A stretch of DNA of 64,000 nucleotides. It comes from an uncultured Bacilli bacterium. Its GTDB lineage: Bacteria; Bacillota_I; Bacilli_A; RF39; UBA660. The stretch covers positions 9,885-73,884 of the forward strand of contig CANQST010000002.1 of assembly GCA_947626595.1 (NCBI GenBank). The letters run 5' to 3'. Positions 18,944 through 28,266 of this stretch are shown here, one piece after another. The notes under the pieces are model-generated. The model ran no database searches and had not been told where the DNA came from. It saw nothing but the letters and a program-made list of their open reading frames with translations. The number at the start of each line of letters is the position of its first letter. Within the stretch, counting starts at the first letter, position 1. The translations under genes and the position numbers were made by a program.

Positions 18944-19420
18944 TTTTACATCTCCTTTTTTTGTTTTTTTCTTTCTTATTAATATTGTACCAAATAATTC
19001 TTGATTATGCAAATGACTTTAGTTACTCATTTGTTCCTGTTGCTTTTTCTTTATTTATTACATTATTTTGTAATTTATGTAGAATTATCTATAGAAAAAC
19101 TGAAAAAAACTCTGCAGAGATACTGTAGAGTTTTGTGCAATAATATAAGTATTTGATGTATCTTTATTTTTAAAAGCAAATACCATTTTTCCGACGTCGG
19201 AAAAATGGTCCAATGCATTGATATTACTACAAATAGTAAGAATGCTTTTGACTTTATATCTTTATAAGTTTATAGTCTCTGAAGAAAAACTGTTAAACTT
19301 TGCAGAGATACTGCAAAGTTCTGTGCAGGAATGTAAGTACTTGATGTAGCCTATCAAATACCATTTTTCCCACTTGGGAAAAATGGTCTAATACGTTGAT
19401 ATTATTAGATATAATTAATT
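18944..19420. repeat. continuation of the tandem array (2 more units) on the far side of dinD
   Basis: Palindromes at 19182 and 19370. 19060-19180 aligns with the CTCTGCAGAG....TTTGATGTATCTTTATTTT part of the unit. Confidence 0.85.
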
Positions 19421-19582
19421 ATTGAAACTTGTTATTTCTGTTAGAGTGCTATAGCTAATTAACTGTAAAACATTATGTAAAATAAATTTAGCTTTATTGA
19501 AAAATAATGAAAATTTTGTTATATTCTAGATAGAAGAAAAACTACACATGGTTGTAGTTTTTCAAGTGTCTTGGAGGAGTAT

Positions 19583-21613
19583 ATGGCTATTAGTGAAGTA
19601 GAATTTAAAAAGGAAGAAAAAATATTAAATAAAGTAGGTAAATTACTTAATGAAACGCTAGATAGTTTAGGCTTTGATGTTAATAAGGAAGAAGAAGAGC
19701 TAAAGGAATTTAAAAAACTAGTTTGGGAAGACGCTAGTAATTTTGATAGTGGAGAAGAAGCTCAAGCAATTATGCTTACTAATGAAGAAGAAAATAAAGC
19801 AATAATGAAAAGAAATTATTTTAGAAGACTTTTACAAATAAAGAAAAAACCTTATTTTGCTTCTATTGTTTTTAAAGATGATGATGGGGATATTTTTAAT
19901 ATTTATATGTCTTTAACTTACTTAAAAGATAAAGACGCTAATAATATTTTATATGATTGGCGTAGTCCAATATGTAGTTTATTTTATGATTATGAAACAG
20001 GTCCATGTGAATATAGTGCTCCTGGAGGTACTTTTCATGGTGAATTAAAAAGAAAAAGACAATATAAAATAGATAATAATAAGTTAGTAGGAGTTTTTGA
20101 TAACTCATTAAATATAGATGATGAGGTTTTACAAGAAGTATTGGCAAATGGTTCTGATGAGAGAATGAAAAATGTTGTTAATACAATTCAACAAGAACAG
20201 AATAAAGTAATTAGAAATTTGGAAGATAATAATTTAATTGTTCAAGGAATTGCTGGTAGTGGTAAAACAACAGTTGCTTTACATAGAATAGCTTTTTTAC
20301 TATATCGTTTGGAAAGATTGTCTAGTAATAATATTTTGATTTTTTCACCTAATAATATTTTTACAGAATATATATCAGAAGTTTTACCATCTCTAGGTGA
20401 AGCTAATACCTTACAAACAACTTTTAATGATTATTTAGCAAGTTTTATTAATGAATATAAAGATGTTGAAGAGTTTACAGAATTTATTTCAAGGTATTAT
20501 TCTTATAAAGAAGAATATCCAGAGCTAGTTAAGTATAAACAGAGTGATGAAATTATAGAAGATTTTAAAGCTTACTTAGATCAATATGTAAGTAAGGCTT
20601 GTTTTGTAAATGATATAGTTGAAAATGAAAAGAATATTGTTACTAAGGAAGAATTAAATGAACTTCTTCATAATAAATATGATAGATTACCTTTATTTGA
20701 AAGATTAGACGAAATGGCTTTAAAGTTATCTAATAACTTTTATAAGGGCTCTTCTAAAAAGAAAGCTACTTTCTTAAAATTATTGGGAAAAGCGGCGAAT
20801 TTTAAGAAAGATTATAAAGAAATATATAAGAATTTCTATTTAAGTTCTTTTTGTAAGATAAAATTAACTGAAGGTATTGTTAATTCTTTTGTTAAGAAAG
20901 ATATTATTAATTATGAAGATGCTTTGCTTTTTGCTTATATGAAAGGAATACTAGAAGGATTTATTTATGAAGCTACTATTAAGCAAGTTATTATTGATGA
21001 AGCACAAGATTATAATAGACTTCAATATATTATTATAAATAATATATTTAAAAAAGCTGATTTTACTATTTTAGGAGATATTAATCAAAATATAAATCCA
21101 TATTATTCTTATAATTCTTTGGAAGATCTAAAAGATTTATTTAGAGGAGATACTAAGTATTTAGAATTATTAAAGACTTATAGGTCTTCTCCTGAAATAA
21201 TTGATTATACTAATAAGATACTTAATTTGAAACATGTTAATGCTATTAGAAAAGATAATAATAAACCAGTAATAATAAGAAAGAATTTAGAGGATTTAAA
21301 GACTAGTTTAGTTAATGATATTAAGACTTTACAGGAAAGATATAAGAGTACTGCTATTATTACTAAAGATGGGGTGGAAGCTAATAAGCTTTATGAGTTG
21401 ATTAAAGATAATGTTGATATATCTTTGTTGGATGCTAATACAAAAAGTTTTAGAAAAGATTTAGTTATTATTCCGGCATATACAGCTAAGGGGTTAGAGT
21501 TTGATAGTGTTATTATATATAATGATAGAGAGAATTCTTATAAGAATAATGAGCGTAATTTATTATATGTTGCTTGTACTAGAAGTCAGCATGAATTATA
21601 TATTTATAATTAG
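19583..21613 (+). CDS. helD: HelD-like UvrD-family DNA helicase
   Basis: IVQGIAGSGKTTVALHRIAFLLY is the Walker A region typical of HelD/helicase IV. QIIIDEAQD is motif II. RBS GGAGGAG precedes ATG 19583. Confidence 0.7.
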   Translation: MAISEVEFKKEEKILNKVGKLLNETLDSLGFDVNKEEEELKEFKKLVWEDASNFDSGEEAQAIMLTNEEENKAIMKRNYFRRLLQIKKKPYFASIVFKDDDGDIFNIYMSLTYLKDKDANNILYDWRSPICSLFYDYETGPCEYSAPGGTFHGELKRKRQYKIDNNKLVGVFDNSLNIDDEVLQEVLANGSDERMKNVVNTIQQEQNKVIRNLEDNNLIVQGIAGSGKTTVALHRIAFLLYRLERLSSNNILIFSPNNIFTEYISEVLPSLGEANTLQTTFNDYLASFINEYKDVEEFTEFISRYYSYKEEYPELVKYKQSDEIIEDFKAYLDQYVSKACFVNDIVENEKNIVTKEELNELLHNKYDRLPLFERLDEMALKLSNNFYKGSSKKKATFLKLLGKAANFKKDYKEIYKNFYLSSFCKIKLTEGIVNSFVKKDIINYEDALLFAYMKGILEGFIYEATIKQVIIDEAQDYNRLQYIIINNIFKKADFTILGDINQNINPYYSYNSLEDLKDLFRGDTKYLELLKTYRSSPEIIDYTNKILNLKHVNAIRKDNNKPVIIRKNLEDLKTSLVNDIKTLQERYKSTAIITKDGVEANKLYELIKDNVDISLLDANTKSFRKDLVIIPAYTAKGLEFDSVIIYNDRENSYKNNERNLLYVACTRSQHELYIYN

Positions 21614-21666
21614 TATTGCATTATAAATTAAAAAGTAGTAAGATAATCATTAATCGAGGTGAAAGT

Positions 21667-22149
21667 ATGGTAGAATATAATAAACTTTCTGATATGGTTA
21701 TAGGTAAGTCTAGTATTGATGGGGCTATTTCTCCGATTAGTGATTTTGCTTTTACTAATAGAAGTCAAATAAATGATTATGTTAGATTTACTAATGAGAT
21801 AGATACAGTAGAGGCATTTTTACCTGTAGATGGAAGTTTTACTGTTGATAAGAAGAATAATCTTATTATTGGTGAAGATGGGGCAGTGTTTGATGCTTTT
21901 GATTTAAATGGTTATACTATTAAACAAGTAAATAATATTCTTATGACTATTTTAGTTACTAGGAAGTATAAATATCCTTTATATGAGTTTAGTATTAAAG
22001 AAGGAAGTATTCCTATTAATATAAGTGGAAGTCATACAGTAAATGGAGAGGTAAAGATAGGTATTACTTCTAATATGTCTACTCATATATTGTATTTAAC
22101 TAATTATAAAGATTTTTTACCAAAAAAGAAGAAAGTATATAGAAAATAG
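21667..22149 (+). CDS. hypothetical protein
   Basis: 161-aa ORF. RBS GAGGTGAAAGT precedes ATG 21667. Confidence 0.45.
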   Translation: MVEYNKLSDMVIGKSSIDGAISPISDFAFTNRSQINDYVRFTNEIDTVEAFLPVDGSFTVDKKNNLIIGEDGAVFDAFDLNGYTIKQVNNILMTILVTRKYKYPLYEFSIKEGSIPINISGSHTVNGEVKIGITSNMSTHILYLTNYKDFLPKKKKVYRK

Positions 22150-22195
22150 TTTAAGGTTCCTTAGGGGACTTTTTCATTTTTAAGTGGTGAATTGT

Positions 22196-22603
22196 ATGTT
22201 TAATTTAGATTTATATGATATTGGATATTGTTCAGAGAAAGAATATACAAGAGTTGTATGTGTATCTAGATATAAAGGAAAATATTTGTTTTCTTATAAT
22301 AAGGTGAGAAAAGGGTGGGAAATACCAGGTGGTCATATTGAAGAAGGGGAAACATGGATGGAAGCTGCTAGAAGAGAAATGTATGAAGAGACAGGGGCGA
22401 CTAAGATAAAGATTGAGCCAATTTGTGTATATAAGATAACTACTTTTGGATTGCTTTGTTATTGTGAAATTGAAAGATTGGAAAAATTACCTGATGAATA
22501 TGAAATGTCTAAAATAATGTTATCAGATAAATTGCCTCATAATATGACTTTTCCTAGTTCCTCTCGAATTTATTTTAATAAGGTTATTAAAGTAAAGGGT
22601 TAG
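22196..22603 (+). CDS. NUDIX hydrolase
   Basis: Nudix box GGHIEEGETWMEAARREMYEETG (Gx5Ex7REUxEExGU). Confidence 0.75.
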   Translation: MFNLDLYDIGYCSEKEYTRVVCVSRYKGKYLFSYNKVRKGWEIPGGHIEEGETWMEAARREMYEETGATKIKIEPICVYKITTFGLLCYCEIERLEKLPDEYEMSKIMLSDKLPHNMTFPSSSRIYFNKVIKVKG

Positions 22604-22638
22604 ATAATTAATCAAAATAAAAAGTAGAACTTAGTGCT

Positions 22639-22812
22639 CTACTTCTTTTCTTCTGGATTTTTCATGTTGTTTTCTTGACGACTTTTGTCTAGGAATTTTA
22701 GAACTATGGTTTCTATTAGATTAGACAAAGTTCTATTTTCTTCTAGAGCTATGTTGTCAAGGGCTTTTTTGACTTCTTCAGTTGTTCTGAAAGTTATAGT
22801 CGTTGTTTCCAT
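22639..22812 (-). CDS. ribbon-helix-helix (CopG-like) small DNA-binding protein
   Basis: Absent from the ORF track. Minus strand encodes METTTITFRTTEEVKKALDNIALEENRTLSNLIETIVLKFLDKSRQENNMKNPEEKK (57 aa). Strong RBS GAGGTGG precedes the ATG. The beta-strand then two helices with an 'RTLSNLIE' pattern is typical of RHH proteins. Confidence 0.55.
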   Translation of the reverse strand: METTTITFRTTEEVKKALDNIALEENRTLSNLIETIVLKFLDKSRQENNMKNPEEKK

Positions 22813-22931
22813 AATTTACCACCTCACGTTTACAAATATTATAAATTGTTTATATTTTACTTGCAATGTATACATGTGTATGTTATTATTGTATTGTACA
22901 CAAAATATAATGAATGTGTATACAAAAGTAG

Positions 22932-25559
22932 GTGGGAAATTTGAAAAGACTAAATTTAATTTTACCGATGGTTATAATTGGGATAATTTTTTCTATGAGT
23001 ATTGGATTTTCCGCATTAAATAAGGGTTTGAGCATATCTGGAGAAGTAAATTATAGACCAGAAAATGACATTAGAATTACAAAAATCACTCCAGAAAAAG
23101 TGGAAAATACGACGTTAGAATACTTCGATTTTTCTAAAAAAGAGGTAAAATTGGCCTTTAAAAAAAATTTAAATTTATGTGTAAAGTTTACACTCGAAAT
23201 CACTAATTTTAGCAATTCTGAGATGGGAATTTTAAAAATTAAGGGGTTAGATGGGGGTGTAATTGATGGTTATACCCTTGGTGAAAAGTTAGTTGGAGAG
23301 GATGGAAATAGTAAAGCTGGGATGATTAAGAAATTTAGTATTACTTATAATTCTAGTGAAGAAGATGTTAAAAGTTTACTATTAAAGTTTGATTTTGAGC
23401 CTGTATATAAGATTAATTATGAAGGGTTTGATGATACTAGTAGTTTTAAAAAAGAGATATTAAGAAATGATAAGTTAGTTCAAAACTTTGGAGATAATCC
23501 TCCTAAGAAAGTAGAAGTTACTATGAATGATGAAGTAATAACACCTAATTATAGTAATGGAGTACTTACAATAGATAATGTAACTGGTGATATAAAGATA
23601 AAGCCTGTGTTCTATGATGAAAGTGGAGCAAATGAACCAGTACTTAGTGATAACATGATACCAGTATATTATGATGAGAATAATAAAGTATGGAAGAAAG
23701 CTGATAAATATAATAGAAATAATAATTGGTGTGATTATAATAATCAAAAGTGGTGTAATGCAGTTACGGTAAAGAATGTTGTAAGAGATTTATCAGGAAA
23801 TGGTAATGATGGAGAAATACATGGAGCAGTTATAGAAAATGGTGAGGCATATTTTGATGGTAAAGATGATTATATAGATACAGGTATAAAAGGCCATGAA
23901 TTCAATCAAATTACTTACATAGCTAAGTTTACTTTGCTTTCATATCAAAATATAAATCAAAGTATTATAGCAAATACTGATGGTAGTGGGAGTGCAATTT
24001 ATATTCCTGGGAAAAATAATAAACTTTTTTTTACATTATATGATGGTAGTAAAAATGGTTATAATTACATTTATGGTGATACTATAATTGAGTTAAATAA
24101 AGAATATTTAGTAGTTGCGGTGTATGATGGTAAAAATATGAAAATATTTATTGATGGAGAGCAAGTTGCAGAAGGTGCAGGCCCAGTCAACTTTAAGCAA
24201 TCTCTTTCTAAAACACTATTAGGAGGTGATCCATTAGGTGAGTCTGATGCTATTGGCGAGCCTTCAAATATTAAAATAAATGATGTATTAATATTTGATA
24301 AAGCATTAACTTTAGAAGAAATAAAAACTCATTATAGTAATAAAGTTACTTTAGGAGAAACTAAACCATTGATTTATTATGATTTTGAAGAGACAAATAG
24401 AGAAATATATAGAAATGGTAATATCGGTACAACAATACCAATGGAAGAAATAAATACCATGTGGGTATGGATTCCAAGATATTCATATACAATAAAACAA
24501 CCATATGGTAAAGCAAGCGCTGATAATCAAAGCCCCTCACAAGAATTACCTGGAGAAATAGACGTTAAGTTTATTCCAGCAAGTCAAAATGATAGTGAAG
24601 GATTGGCACAATATACAGGTAGTGATACAAGTGGATGGTTTACCCCACCTGGATTTAAATTTGGAGATAAAGATTTATCAGGAATATGGATAGGAAAGTT
24701 TGAAACCGGTTATTTGGGTGCAAGTACAGAAAATGAAGCCCAACATGATACACAAGAGTCAAATAAGGTTATTATTAAGCCAGATGTGATAAGTTGGCTT
24801 GGAATAAGAGTTTCAACAATAGAATTGGTTTCTATGGGAATTATAAAAGAAAAAAATCCTTTTGGATTTAATCAAAGCATATATGATAGTCATGCAATAA
24901 AAAATAGTGAATGGGCTTTGATGTCATATTTAACTCAAAGTAGATATGGAAAATATGGAAATACTTTATATGTGGGAGATAACAAACAAACTTACATGAA
25001 TAATTATATTGGAAATCTCTGTGGATGTTCAGCTGGGATACCACATACTAATGAGGCTTCGTTATGTGCTTATAGATATAATGATTTAACAAATATTAGT
25101 TCTGGAGCTGGGTATGTTGGAGCAGGAGCGTCAACAACGGGCAATATTTATGGGATTTACGATGTCAATGGCGGATCTTTAGAAAGTGTAATGGGTGTTT
25201 ATGATAATCCTGAAAGAAGAAGTGGTTATTCAACATCAGATAATTCGGGTTATACAGGATTACTAGACGATGGTAAAATATTTGAAGGTAGAGAATGGCA
25301 AGATGATAAATACTATGATTTTTATAGCACAGATAATTGGATGACTGCATGTGATGGAAACCCATGTAAAGGTCATGCTTTGAATGAAACGAATGCATGG
25401 TACAATAATCCAGTGAATATATTATGGGGTAGATATCCATGGAATTGGAGAAGCGGTTATTGGAAGGATAAAAATGGTGGAGTTTTCATGCATAATAATT
25501 GGGATGGCAGTGCTAATGCTGAAGCTTCATTTCGCATCGTCTTAACTCCAAATAATTAA
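22932..25559 (+). CDS. surface paralog-family protein with inserted LamG/ConA-like lectin domain and C-terminal FGE/C-type-lectin-fold-like domain (N-type III, C-type A)
   Basis: LSGNGNDGEIHGAV...YFDGKDDYID...VVAVYDGKNMKIFIDGEQV...INDVLIFDKALTLEEI is a Laminin_G_3 pattern. The C-domain has the MWVWIPRYSYTIK ... FRIVLTPNN blocks. Start is GTG 22932 or TTG 22941, the latter following RBS AGGTGG. Confidence 0.8.
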   Translation: MGNLKRLNLILPMVIIGIIFSMSIGFSALNKGLSISGEVNYRPENDIRITKITPEKVENTTLEYFDFSKKEVKLAFKKNLNLCVKFTLEITNFSNSEMGILKIKGLDGGVIDGYTLGEKLVGEDGNSKAGMIKKFSITYNSSEEDVKSLLLKFDFEPVYKINYEGFDDTSSFKKEILRNDKLVQNFGDNPPKKVEVTMNDEVITPNYSNGVLTIDNVTGDIKIKPVFYDESGANEPVLSDNMIPVYYDENNKVWKKADKYNRNNNWCDYNNQKWCNAVTVKNVVRDLSGNGNDGEIHGAVIENGEAYFDGKDDYIDTGIKGHEFNQITYIAKFTLLSYQNINQSIIANTDGSGSAIYIPGKNNKLFFTLYDGSKNGYNYIYGDTIIELNKEYLVVAVYDGKNMKIFIDGEQVAEGAGPVNFKQSLSKTLLGGDPLGESDAIGEPSNIKINDVLIFDKALTLEEIKTHYSNKVTLGETKPLIYYDFEETNREIYRNGNIGTTIPMEEINTMWVWIPRYSYTIKQPYGKASADNQSPSQELPGEIDVKFIPASQNDSEGLAQYTGSDTSGWFTPPGFKFGDKDLSGIWIGKFETGYLGASTENEAQHDTQESNKVIIKPDVISWLGIRVSTIELVSMGIIKEKNPFGFNQSIYDSHAIKNSEWALMSYLTQSRYGKYGNTLYVGDNKQTYMNNYIGNLCGCSAGIPHTNEASLCAYRYNDLTNISSGAGYVGAGASTTGNIYGIYDVNGGSLESVMGVYDNPERRSGYSTSDNSGYTGLLDDGKIFEGREWQDDKYYDFYSTDNWMTACDGNPCKGHALNETNAWYNNPVNILWGRYPWNWRSGYWKDKNGGVFMHNNWDGSANAEASFRIVLTPNN

Positions 25560-25627
25560 TTATTTAAACAATTAAGATGGTATTAATAAAATTTATATGT
25601 AAATAATAATTGTAGGTGAAGTGTATT

Positions 25628-28228
25628 ATGAATAGTAGAAAAACTAAATTAATTATAATAGTTGCCTTGTGTTTGGTAGTAATATGTTTAACAGTGGGTT
25701 ATGCAATTCTTTCTGCTAACCTTAATATAAGTGGTCAGGCCTCAGTTAATGGTGGTAGATGGGATGTTGTGTTCTTAAAGAATGATGCTAAAGTAGTAGG
25801 AGAAGGTAGAGCTAAGTGTAACCTTGGTACTATAGAAAATTCTTCTATTAAGGATTTAACTGTTTCTTTAGAAGAAGCAGGTGATAGTTGTACTTTTACT
25901 ATTCCAATACAAAATACGGGTACTGTAGAAGCTTATTTAACAGATGTTGTTGGTAAAGATAATTCTTTAACTTTTAATTCTACATCAGTATCAGATATAG
26001 AAAAAATAAAACCTTTAGTTACATATGAAGTAAAGTATGGAGATATGCAGATAAATAGTCAAACAGATTTTAGTAAGATACCAGTATTAAAAGCAGATGC
26101 TAAGGAGACAGTAACATTAAAAGCTATGATAAATGCAGATGATAGTATTGGAAAAACTAATCCTATAACTATAGGAGGATTTGATAGAACTTTTGTGTTT
26201 AATTCTAATTCATTAGAAGAAGGTTCAACAGATAGTGTAGTACCATTAGGAAGTCCAAATAAGCCAGTATTAAATGGAGATATGATACCAGTATATTATG
26301 AGAAAACAAGTGATACAACAGGAAATTGGGTTAAAGCTGATACAACGAATAGTGATAATAACTGGTATGATTATGATAGTCAAAAGTGGGCTAATGCTGT
26401 AACAGTAAAGAATACTGTAAAAGATTTGTCAGGTAACAATAATGATGGAGTAGTTCATGGAGCAGTAGTAGGAAATGGTGAAGCTAGTTTTGATGGAGAA
26501 GACGATTATATAGATGTTGGGTTAGCTGGTCATGATTTTAGGCAAATTACGTATGTGGTGAAATTTACTTTACATCATTATATTTCCGATCATCATCAGA
26601 TTATTATTGGTAATACTGAAAATGCTGGCGCTTCAATTCAGTTGAGTTCAGATGATAACAAAAGGCTTCTATTTATGGTGCTTGATAATAATACAGGCAC
26701 TTATCTCAAAGTTAGCAGCGATGCCAGTTTAATTGATTTAGAAAAAGAGTATATTGTTGTTGGCACTTGTGATGGTGGTTCAATGAAATTATATCTTAAT
26801 GGTACTTTGGTGGCTGAAAATAAAAAATCTATTAATATAAGAAATTCGATTTCTAGAGTATTGATAGGAGCAGATCCTTCTGATAATTTTGGCTTTGATT
26901 CACCATCAAATATTTCAGTAAATGATGGCTTAGTATTTGATAAGTCATTAACAGAAGAAGAAATAAAGCAACACTATAGTAATGAAGTTACTTTAGGAGA
27001 AACAAAGCCATTAGTCTATTACAATTTTGAAGATGCTAATAGAGAATATTATAAAGAAGCAAAAGCTGGAACAACAATATCAATGGATGATATAAACACA
27101 ATGTGGGTATGGATACCAAGATACTCATATACAATTAAACAACCTTATGGTAAAGCAAGTTCTGAGAATGAAAATCCAACTCAAGCTTTACCAGGAGAAA
27201 TAGATGTTAAGTTTATACCATCAACTATAACAGAAACTGGTTCAGCTCAGTATACAGAAGCTAGTCCTAGAAATTGGAGAACGAACGCTGCCTTTGATTT
27301 TGATAATAAAAAGCGAGCAGGAATATGGGTGGCAAAGTTTGAGCCTACAGGTACTTTGGGTTCTGCTTGTGTAAATGATACTTGTGATATAAATACTGTA
27401 ACGATAAAACCAAGTACTGCTTCAATAAGATTTCAAAAGGTAAGTAGTTTCTTCTATATGGCAAGAAGTATGCAAAAAGTTGATAATCCATATGGTTTTA
27501 GTTCTACAAGTGGTGATTTACACATGATTAAAAATGACGAATGGGGAGCAGTAGCTTATCTATCTCAAAGTAAGTATGGAAAATATGGTAATTCAGCTTA
27601 TACTGGAGCTAATAAAGAAATTTATCAAAATAAATCAAGTGATTATATAACTGGAAATAGTAATGGTACACCAAGCATTAGTACAATAAATACACAGTAT
27701 ACATATAATAATCTAACAAATTTAGGAACTGGTGCTGGTCAAGCAGGACCGGGAGCAAGTACAACAGGAACAATATATGGAGTATACGATATGTCGGGTG
27801 GTGCTTATGAATATGTAATGGCAGCAATAGCATATGATAATGATGATTTAGTTCCAATGTCAGGTAATAATAGCACAGGTACTAGTAATTCTGGATTTAA
27901 TGGAAAGTTTAATGATGGTACTGATTATAATGCTGGCATACCTTTTCCGAATATTAAGTATTATACTATGTATAAAACGCAAAATCCAAATTCTAGTGAT
28001 TTTACTAATTCTTTATCAGCGTGTGGTAATAGCGTTTGCTATGGATGTGCTTTGTCAGAAACAAAATCATGGTATGATGATGTTGCCCTTTTTGTATCTA
28101 GTTACTATCCATGGGTTCAGCGTGGTGGTTATTATGGTGATAAACTAGATGCTGGTATATTCGATGCTGGTTATGGTCATGGAGGTTCTTATAATTCTTA
28201 TTCCTGTCGATTAGCGTTAGTATCATAA
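25628..28228 (+). CDS. surface paralog-family protein with LamG-like insert and C-terminal FGE/C-type-lectin-fold-like domain (N-type IV, C-type B)
   Basis: LSGNNNDGVVHGAV...SFDGEDDYIDVG...YIVVGTCDGGSMKLYLNGTLV...VNDGLVFDKSLTEEEI. The C-domain is of type B (KPSTASIRFQKVSSFFYMARSMQKVDNPYGF..., end ...CRLALVS). RBS AGGTGA precedes ATG 25628. Confidence 0.8.
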   Translation: MNSRKTKLIIIVALCLVVICLTVGYAILSANLNISGQASVNGGRWDVVFLKNDAKVVGEGRAKCNLGTIENSSIKDLTVSLEEAGDSCTFTIPIQNTGTVEAYLTDVVGKDNSLTFNSTSVSDIEKIKPLVTYEVKYGDMQINSQTDFSKIPVLKADAKETVTLKAMINADDSIGKTNPITIGGFDRTFVFNSNSLEEGSTDSVVPLGSPNKPVLNGDMIPVYYEKTSDTTGNWVKADTTNSDNNWYDYDSQKWANAVTVKNTVKDLSGNNNDGVVHGAVVGNGEASFDGEDDYIDVGLAGHDFRQITYVVKFTLHHYISDHHQIIIGNTENAGASIQLSSDDNKRLLFMVLDNNTGTYLKVSSDASLIDLEKEYIVVGTCDGGSMKLYLNGTLVAENKKSINIRNSISRVLIGADPSDNFGFDSPSNISVNDGLVFDKSLTEEEIKQHYSNEVTLGETKPLVYYNFEDANREYYKEAKAGTTISMDDINTMWVWIPRYSYTIKQPYGKASSENENPTQALPGEIDVKFIPSTITETGSAQYTEASPRNWRTNAAFDFDNKKRAGIWVAKFEPTGTLGSACVNDTCDINTVTIKPSTASIRFQKVSSFFYMARSMQKVDNPYGFSSTSGDLHMIKNDEWGAVAYLSQSKYGKYGNSAYTGANKEIYQNKSSDYITGNSNGTPSISTINTQYTYNNLTNLGTGAGQAGPGASTTGTIYGVYDMSGGAYEYVMAAIAYDNDDLVPMSGNNSTGTSNSGFNGKFNDGTDYNAGIPFPNIKYYTMYKTQNPNSSDFTNSLSACGNSVCYGCALSETKSWYDDVALFVSSYYPWVQRGGYYGDKLDAGIFDAGYGHGGSYNSYSCRLALVS

Positions 28229-28266
28229 TGAAATTTTTAATTTTGATAAATGTAGGTGATATATAA

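Noticed and set aside
17793-19128. Small ORFs inside the repeat array (17793-17975, 18910-19128)
   Set aside because: They lie within repeat units or antisense to dinD, have low complexity and no RBS.
16383-19420. CRISPR array
   Set aside because: Units are ~210 bp and the inter-palindrome sequence is itself repeated (80-90% identical between units) rather than unique spacers. No cas genes in the window.
22685-23023. 112-aa plus-strand ORF in the ORF track
   Set aside because: Low-complexity sequence. It overlaps the well-supported minus-strand RHH gene and the 5' end of the 22932 paralog, and has no RBS.
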